Virus record (IMG/VR): IMGVR_UViG_2541047689_000010
DNA: 39,434 bases
Reading direction: 5' to 3' (one strand)
Source: a virus
Lineage: Duplodnaviria > Heunggongvirae > Uroviricota > Caudoviricetes
The translations under genes and the position numbers were made by a program. The notes beneath the pieces are model-generated. The model made no database searches. It had not been told where the DNA came from and worked only from the letters and a program-made list of their open reading frames with translations. The first letter of the stretch is position 1. Every line of letters begins with the position of its first letter. Shown here piece after piece: positions 34,239-39,434 of this stretch.

Positions 34239-34256
34239 AGACCGAGGTAACAAGTT

Positions 34257-34409
34257 ATGCAGTGGAAAATCATCAACGGTTGGTACTGCGTTACTGCATG
34301 CGGATTCATGAGCTGGAAGTTCCGCACCTTACAGGAAGGCATTAAGTGGGCTTTCGTCAGCAAAGAAGCTCGCGATGTAGCCAACGATAATGAGATATGG
34401 GAGGGCTGA
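34257..34409 (+). CDS. Possible 50-aa leader ORF (MQWKIINGWYCVTACGF...)
   Basis: ATG 5 nt after GAGGTAAC; stop 2 nt before next gene's ATG; below the ORF-track size cut-off. Confidence 0.3.
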   Translation: MQWKIINGWYCVTACGFMSWKFRTLQEGIKWAFVSKEARDVANDNEIWEG

Positions 34410-34411
34410 TA

Positions 34412-34711
34412 ATGAACGTTAATCAGCAGAAAAATCTTCAAAAAATCATGCTGGCATTCGACAAGGACTACCGCCTGTCAGAACAGCTATATGACCGACA
34501 AGTTGAACTGATTGAGAGCATCCGACTTCATCAACTGTCCTCAACTTTCGACGTTGTAACAGGCAAAGGCGTTCGTCAGGAAGTGCTGGAGGCTGCTAAA
34601 GACAGCCCTGAGTTCGAAGAACTGATGGATGCCTACCGGCGCGAGGCAATGGCAATTATAGCGCGCTGGGATCTGGCGGATCAGCTTGATGGGCAGAGGG
34701 ACGCGGCATGA
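34412..34711 (+). CDS. Hypothetical early protein (99 aa) upstream of the recombination genes
   Basis: ATG in frame with track ORF 34397-34711; stop overlaps the exonuclease start. Confidence 0.5.
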   Translation: MNVNQQKNLQKIMLAFDKDYRLSEQLYDRQVELIESIRLHQLSSTFDVVTGKGVRQEVLEAAKDSPEFEELMDAYRREAMAIIARWDLADQLDGQRDAA

Positions 34712-35607
34712 TGCGGAACGCTGGAATCATGGATAGAACAAAATACATCGGAGGAAGCGATGTTGCAGGGATTCTTGGAATTAGCCCATGGCGCACCCCG
34801 CTTGAGGTTTATCTGGATAAGGTCCAGCCACGTGTCAAACCAGTAGACCAAAGCAAGCAGAAAGTTTTCACGCGTGGCCAGCGTATGGAGCCATACGTAA
34901 TAGACCTGCTTTCTGAGGAAACAGGGATGGAAATCGTTCATCGCGGAAACCGCTATATCCACCGTGATTACGATTTTATTGCAGCTGAGATCGATGCAGA
35001 AGCAGCGTCAGGCGAGAACATTGAGATCAAAACAGTTAGTCCGTTCAAGGCCAAAGAATGGGGAGAAATCCAGACAGATGCAATTCCTGTGCATTACACG
35101 GCCCAGGCCATGCACGGGTTGATGGTTACAAACAAACAGGTATGCGTTTTCGGTGTGCTTATCGGTGGCGACGACTTCCGAATCTATCGGGTTGAGCGTG
35201 ATGAAGAAACTATCCAGGCGATCTTAGAAAAAGAAATCGCTTTCTGGGACCGAGTGAAAAATCTTAACCCGCCGGAAGCTACCAGCGTAAGCGATGTATC
35301 GCTGATGTTTGAGAAAGATGCCGGGACAAGTATCGAGGCTGACGGAAAGGCACTCGCACTATTCAACGATCTACGAGACATGAAATCACGCAGAAAATCA
35401 CTGGAAGAAGAAATAGCTATATCAGAAGAGAAGCTGAAGATGTACATGCAAGAGCACTCAGTCCTGACCCTGGACGGAAAGCCGCTCTGCACATGGAAAT
35501 CTCAGATCAGCAACAGATTCGACCAGAAGCTATTCCAGTCAGTACACCCTGAGTTATTCGAAAAATTCAAAACAACAACGACACAACGCGTCTTCAGAAT
35601 GAAGTAA
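34708..35607 (+). CDS. YqaJ-like viral recombinase exonuclease (lambda Exo family)
   Basis: N-terminal signature GGSDVAGILGISPWRTPLEVY plus downstream acidic/Lys residues of the family; adjacent to RecT. Confidence 0.85.
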   Translation: MMRNAGIMDRTKYIGGSDVAGILGISPWRTPLEVYLDKVQPRVKPVDQSKQKVFTRGQRMEPYVIDLLSEETGMEIVHRGNRYIHRDYDFIAAEIDAEAASGENIEIKTVSPFKAKEWGEIQTDAIPVHYTAQAMHGLMVTNKQVCVFGVLIGGDDFRIYRVERDEETIQAILEKEIAFWDRVKNLNPPEATSVSDVSLMFEKDAGTSIEADGKALALFNDLRDMKSRRKSLEEEIAISEEKLKMYMQEHSVLTLDGKPLCTWKSQISNRFDQKLFQSVHPELFEKFKTTTTQRVFRMK

Positions 35608-35616
35608 GGAGAAAAA

Positions 35617-36639
35617 ATGTCTATCAATGCACTTAAGGCAGCGGCTACCGGTAACCAAGTTGCACATCATAATGAGAAACCAACAACTCTGGCCGGACTT
35701 CTGGCAGACCCAAAAATTAAAGCTCAGATGGCTTTGGCACTTCCAAAGCACATGACAGCAGACCGTCTGGCGCGCATAGCAACCACAGAGATCAGAAAGG
35801 TTCCAAAACTTGCATCATGCGACCAAGCCAGCTTCCTGGGGGCAATTATGCAATGTGCCCAATTGGGTCTTGAACCAGGCGGAGCTCTTGGACACGCTTA
35901 CCTGATACCGTTCGACAAACGCCAGAAAGTAAATGGAAGATGGGAAACCGTATCTACAGAAGCACAGCTGATTATCGGCTATCGCGGAATGATTGACCTT
36001 GCCCGCCGCTCTGGGCAGATCCTGAGTATCTCGGCTCGTACCGTACATACAAACGACAAATTCAGCTACTCATACGGCCTGGAAGAAACGCTCGAGCATT
36101 TACCTTGCGAAACAGGTGACCGCGGAGAATTAACGCACGTTTACGCCGTTGCACGACTGAAAGATGGCGGAGTCCAATTTGAAGTTATGAGCCGGGCAGA
36201 CGTTGAGAAAGTTCGTGCACTGAGCAAAGCCGGTAGCAGTGGCCCATGGGTTGATCACTTCGATGAGATGGCTAAAAAAACAGTAATTCGCCGACTGTTC
36301 AAATATCTTCCTGTTTCTATTGAAATGCAGAAGGCTGTTGTTATGGATGAGCGCGCTGAAGCTGGACTTAGCCAAGATAACGCAGCTGTTATCACTGGTG
36401 AATATTCCGTAGTTGACGATGAGCGTCAACACCTGTCGCCAATTTCAGATTCAGAACGAGAAGAAGCTCGAGAATATATCATCGCGATACTTAATAGCCT
36501 GGATCCATCTGCTGAAGATGCAAAAACGATGTTCAAGCGCGCTGAAAATGAAATTAACACCATGGCTGAAAAGCTCGGTGATGAATATCACCAAAAATTC
36601 ATGATGACGCTTAACGATATGCGTCCAGAATTCGAGTAA
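35617..36639 (+). CDS. recT: RecT-family single-strand annealing recombinase
   Basis: 340 aa; conserved core (...LIPFDKRQKVNG...IIGYRGMIDLARRSGQ...) typical of RecT/Red-beta; paired with the YqaJ exonuclease. Confidence 0.8.
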   Translation: MSINALKAAATGNQVAHHNEKPTTLAGLLADPKIKAQMALALPKHMTADRLARIATTEIRKVPKLASCDQASFLGAIMQCAQLGLEPGGALGHAYLIPFDKRQKVNGRWETVSTEAQLIIGYRGMIDLARRSGQILSISARTVHTNDKFSYSYGLEETLEHLPCETGDRGELTHVYAVARLKDGGVQFEVMSRADVEKVRALSKAGSSGPWVDHFDEMAKKTVIRRLFKYLPVSIEMQKAVVMDERAEAGLSQDNAAVITGEYSVVDDERQHLSPISDSEREEAREYIIAILNSLDPSAEDAKTMFKRAENEINTMAEKLGDEYHQKFMMTLNDMRPEFE

Positions 36640-36688
36640 CCACCACCGCGGCGCCACGTGCGCCGCACTGCAACCAAGAGAGGTATTC

Positions 36689-36937
36689 ATGAAAGGTGCA
36701 TTAGGTAAGAAAGAACTCCTGGCGGTGGTGCCACTGTCATGGAGCACTATCGACCGTATGGAGCGCGCAGGGGAATTTCCTAAACGCTGGTATATCACCG
36801 ATAAACGCTGCGCATGGAACCGTGATGAAGTTGAGCGTTGGCTTGATGAACGTCAGGCAGCAAGCCCGGCAGAGTTCCAGGGTAAAAAGCCTCCTGTTCA
36901 GCAACGTGTATATCGTCCCGTGAGCAACGCTGCATGA
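36689..36937 (+). CDS. AlpA-family DNA-binding protein (possible excisionase/regulator)
   Basis: 82 aa; motif LLAVVPLSWSTIDRMERAGEFPK; SD GAGAGG upstream. Confidence 0.55.
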   Translation: MKGALGKKELLAVVPLSWSTIDRMERAGEFPKRWYITDKRCAWNRDEVERWLDERQAASPAEFQGKKPPVQQRVYRPVSNAA

Positions 36938-37046
36938 GTGCGCTGCTAAGGCACTGGAGCAAATGGTCAGGATGGTACTTATTCCTGGCCTCTGTTTCAG
37001 CATGGCTTTATCTGCTGGCATTAATTTTCAGAGAGGGTTGGATTAA

Positions 37047-37346
37047 GTGAGAAAGTTAAGCCGACTTGAAAAATATCACATGAATAAGGTTTCAATGCGC
37101 AGTCCGTCAAAGATTGTCGCCGTTACTCCTGCGGCGATAGAGATCGAAAAACGCGCGATTGAAAGAGAGAAAAAAGGGCAATTCCGCATTGCCGCTCACC
37201 TTTGGCTTCAGTGTATGGATGTTGCTTCTGGTGATGTTGAACGTGCAAGGATCGCGGTTCGCAGGGACCAATGTATCACAAAAGGTAACGGCCTTCGCCG
37301 TGGCGACTATAGCGGCATAGGATGTTGTGGGGTGGTTTATGACTAA
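37047..37346 (+). CDS. PerC-like small transcriptional regulator (start uncertain; alternative ATG at 37080)
   Basis: Motif EKKGQFRIAAHLWLQC resembles the PerC-family signature from memory; weak. Confidence 0.4.
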   Translation: MRKLSRLEKYHMNKVSMRSPSKIVAVTPAAIEIEKRAIEREKKGQFRIAAHLWLQCMDVASGDVERARIAVRRDQCITKGNGLRRGDYSGIGCCGVVYD

Positions 37347-37989
37347 GAAATACACACTAATCTATGCAGATCCACCCTGGGTATACCGGGACAAAGCCGC
37401 AGATGGTAATCGCGGTGCCGGTTTTAAATATCCGGTTATGAGTGTGCTGGATATCTGCCGCCTTCCTGTGTGGGATTTGGCCGATGAAAACTGTCTGTTG
37501 GCCATGTGGTGGGTGCCAACACAACCACTCGAAGCACTAAAAGTTGTTGAAGCCTGGGGATTCCGTCTGATGACGATGAAGGGCTTCACGTGGATAAAAT
37601 GTGGTAGTCGACAACCAGATAAACTGGTTATGGGTATGGGACACATGACTCGCGCCAATAGTGAAGATTGCCTGTTTGCGGTAAAGGGAAAACTACCTAC
37701 GCGCATTAATGCAGGGATCGTTCAGTCATTTACCGCACCGCGGCTTGAGCATTCAAGAAAGCCAGATATCGTTCGTGAAAAACTTGTGCAATTATTAGGC
37801 GATGTTTCTCGCATTGAACTGTTCGCCCGCCAGACGTCTCATGGCTTCGATGTTTGGGGTAATCAGTGCGAAGACCCGGCAGTGCAACTACACCCTGGAT
37901 ACGCGTTGGATATTGGCGGATTAACAAATGCATTCAGCAATGCTCCGCTGTCACCAACAGACATCCAGGGGCGGGAGCGTGCTGCATGA
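37339..37989 (+). CDS. N6-adenine DNA methyltransferase, MT-A70-like
   Basis: Catalytic motif DPPW (YADPPWVY) near the N-terminus; start at ATG (MTKKYTL...). Confidence 0.8.
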   Translation: MTKKYTLIYADPPWVYRDKAADGNRGAGFKYPVMSVLDICRLPVWDLADENCLLAMWWVPTQPLEALKVVEAWGFRLMTMKGFTWIKCGSRQPDKLVMGMGHMTRANSEDCLFAVKGKLPTRINAGIVQSFTAPRLEHSRKPDIVREKLVQLLGDVSRIELFARQTSHGFDVWGNQCEDPAVQLHPGYALDIGGLTNAFSNAPLSPTDIQGRERAA

Positions 37990-38180
37990 ACAGGGCATCA
38001 CCAGCAGATTTAAGAAAATGCCTTGAAACTGCAAACATGCTTGCACACAGCGGGATCAGGTTTGTTCCAATTCCCGCTGTCACTGATGCTGAATTTGCAA
38101 CACTGTCAGCAATATTCGAAAACAAAATTGAATCACTGGCAGCAGAAGCAGAGATGGAAGAAAATCAGCAGAACTATTAA
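37986..38180 (+). CDS. Small protein (64 aa) translationally coupled to the methyltransferase
   Basis: ATG overlaps the methyltransferase stop (ATGA); unknown function. Confidence 0.4.
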   Translation: MNRASPADLRKCLETANMLAHSGIRFVPIPAVTDAEFATLSAIFENKIESLAAEAEMEENQQNY

Positions 38181-38183
38181 ACG

Positions 38184-39434
38184 TTATTCCCCCGCCATCC
38201 ACTTCTCAAACTTCGACGGGGAGAACGGAATCAGATCCGTATGCTCCCCGTCAATCCATGAATCAATCATATCGGCCCACTGCTGCAACATGTAGGCGCG
38301 CTGTCTGGCGTATTCCGCTTTGTTATATACGGCGCGCACACCTTTCTGCTCATGTGCCAGAGCCTTTTCAATCCAGTCTGAAGGATAACCAGCCTCATGC
38401 AACAACGTACTGGCTGTACGGCGCATATCATGTACAGTGAAGTCCTGAATATGCTCACCATCTTCATTTATTATTTTCACCGTTCTGTCGATCAGAGAGT
38501 TCAGCGCGGCATTAGATAATGGCTTCCGGATATTGTAACGACCAGGAACCAGATATTCACTTCCACCAGCGCACATCTGCAACCCGACCAATATATCCTG
38601 TGCCTGTTTAGGCAGGTAAATAACGTGCGCCCGGCTTCCCTTCATGCGGTCTGGAGGAATTGTCCATGTCCATTTTTTAAAATCTATTTCATCCCACGTT
38701 GCATTGGTGAATTCGCCCTTACGAACCATAGTGATAAGCACCAGTTTTAAAGCCATTTTCATAGTGCCCATAGCACCAATGGCATCCAGCGTGCGGAAGA
38801 ACAGGCCAATTTCTTCTGGTGTCAGTGTTCGCTCTCGTGGTTTAAATATGGCGATAGACGAAGGTTTAATGTCAGCCGCAGGATTAAACAAACCATGACC
38901 ACGGTCATTGGCGTGACGGTATACGCTACTGATGATCTCCCTGGCCTGCACTGCTGTTGCCCGGCCACCGCGTTCGACAATCCGGTCACACAAATCACGA
39001 ACCATCGATGTGGTAATTTCAGCCATCATTTTATTGCCAAGAACCGGAAGTATGTCACGGTCGATCACCGCCTGTTTCATTGCGCGGGTACTGTCAGCCA
39101 GGATGACGTGTTTCATATAACTGTCGGTATGTACCGCAAACGTCTCGGCACCACGAATCTTTTTGATACCGTCACGTTTAGCCGCAGCCGGTGACTGGCC
39201 TGCTTTAAGCAGCTTCTTTGCAGCAATCAGTTCTTCTCGCGCTTCTGCCAGGCTGATACCGTCACGCCCATACTGCCCGATTACCAGTGTTTCGCGGCGA
39301 CCGTTGATACGGTAGTCATAGCGAAACGAGACCGTGCCTGACGTAAGCACAGCTACATACAGCCCGTCACGATCGGAAACCTTGTACAGTTTGTCCTGCG
39401 GCTTGAGGTTTTTTAATTTTGTATCGGTAAGCAC
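38184..39434 (-). CDS. int: Tyrosine integrase (phage integrase family), N-terminus truncated by the window edge
   Basis: N-terminal ...LTDTKLKNLKPQDKLYKVSDRDGLYV... typical of phage integrases; C-terminal catalytic region with HDMRRT and the RAVYNKAEY tyrosine region; ORF runs to the last base of the window. Confidence 0.85.
   Translation of the reverse strand: MLTDTKLKNLKPQDKLYKVSDRDGLYVAVLTSGTVSFRYDYRINGRRETLVIGQYGRDGISLAEAREELIAAKKLLKAGQSPAAAKRDGIKKIRGAETFAVHTDSYMKHVILADSTRAMKQAVIDRDILPVLGNKMMAEITTSMVRDLCDRIVERGGRATAVQAREIISSVYRHANDRGHGLFNPAADIKPSSIAIFKPRERTLTPEEIGLFFRTLDAIGAMGTMKMALKLVLITMVRKGEFTNATWDEIDFKKWTWTIPPDRMKGSRAHVIYLPKQAQDILVGLQMCAGGSEYLVPGRYNIRKPLSNAALNSLIDRTVKIINEDGEHIQDFTVHDMRRTASTLLHEAGYPSDWIEKALAHEQKGVRAVYNKAEYARQRAYMLQQWADMIDSWIDGEHTDLIPFSPSKFEKWMAGE

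Larger units (their letters stand above)
1289..39434. mobile_element. Integrated temperate phage (podovirus-type, lambdoid mosaic), right end truncated by the window; left boundary uncertain (somewhere between 1 and 1288)
   Basis: Contiguous integrase, immunity, replication, recombination, packaging, head, tail, tailspike and lysis modules; no tape measure, sheath or tail tube genes. Confidence 0.8.

Noticed and set aside
1-39434. CRISPR arrays, insertion sequences or transposases
   Set aside because: No regularly spaced direct repeats with unique spacers and no transposase-like ORFs or terminal inverted repeats were seen; the only tandem repeats are the ori iterons inside the O-like gene.

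Overview
The window is almost entirely one integrated temperate phage (prophage), about 38 kb, reaching the right edge of the window where a tyrosine integrase is cut off by the boundary. Two exported-protein genes at 1-1071 may be host flank or morons. Gene content and order point to a short-tailed (podovirus-type) lambdoid-mosaic phage; by inference only, the layout (tailspike followed by the lysis cassette at the distal end of the late operon) resembles epsilon15/phiV10-like phages. Minus strand, right to left: Cro-like regulator, lambda O-like initiator with ori iterons inside the gene, lambda P-like helicase loader, a separately promoted cluster of small early genes, small and large terminase, portal, scaffold, major capsid, large internal/ejection and tail proteins, a 918-aa tailspike, then two holin-like proteins, a GH19 endolysin and nested Rz/Rz1 spanins. 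Plus strand at the right: a two-HTH repressor without a LexA-type peptidase domain, YqaJ-like exonuclease, RecT recombinase, AlpA-like and PerC-like regulators, and an MT-A70 adenine methyltransferase. Two plus-strand accessory insertions interrupt the late region: a tRNA-Arg(UCU) plus small-protein module between terminase and portal, and a 3.6-kb island between tailspike and tail genes. That island holds a LexA-box-controlled small antirepressor-like gene, a Bro-N antirepressor, and a visibly AT-rich block encoding a small protein coupled to a 3-TM membrane protein and a face-to-face gene pair; this AT-rich block is the best candidate for an undescribed exclusion or defence module. Two repeated non-coding signals stand out: a 17-bp dyad (A/T)TTACC-N5-GGTAA(A/T) at 11 promoter-proximal positions (two of them with one degenerate arm), and a perfect 12-bp palindrome GTGACATGTCAC present three times, each between a stop codon and an intrinsic terminator. 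All calls are from reading the sequence and ORF track; no database search was run.
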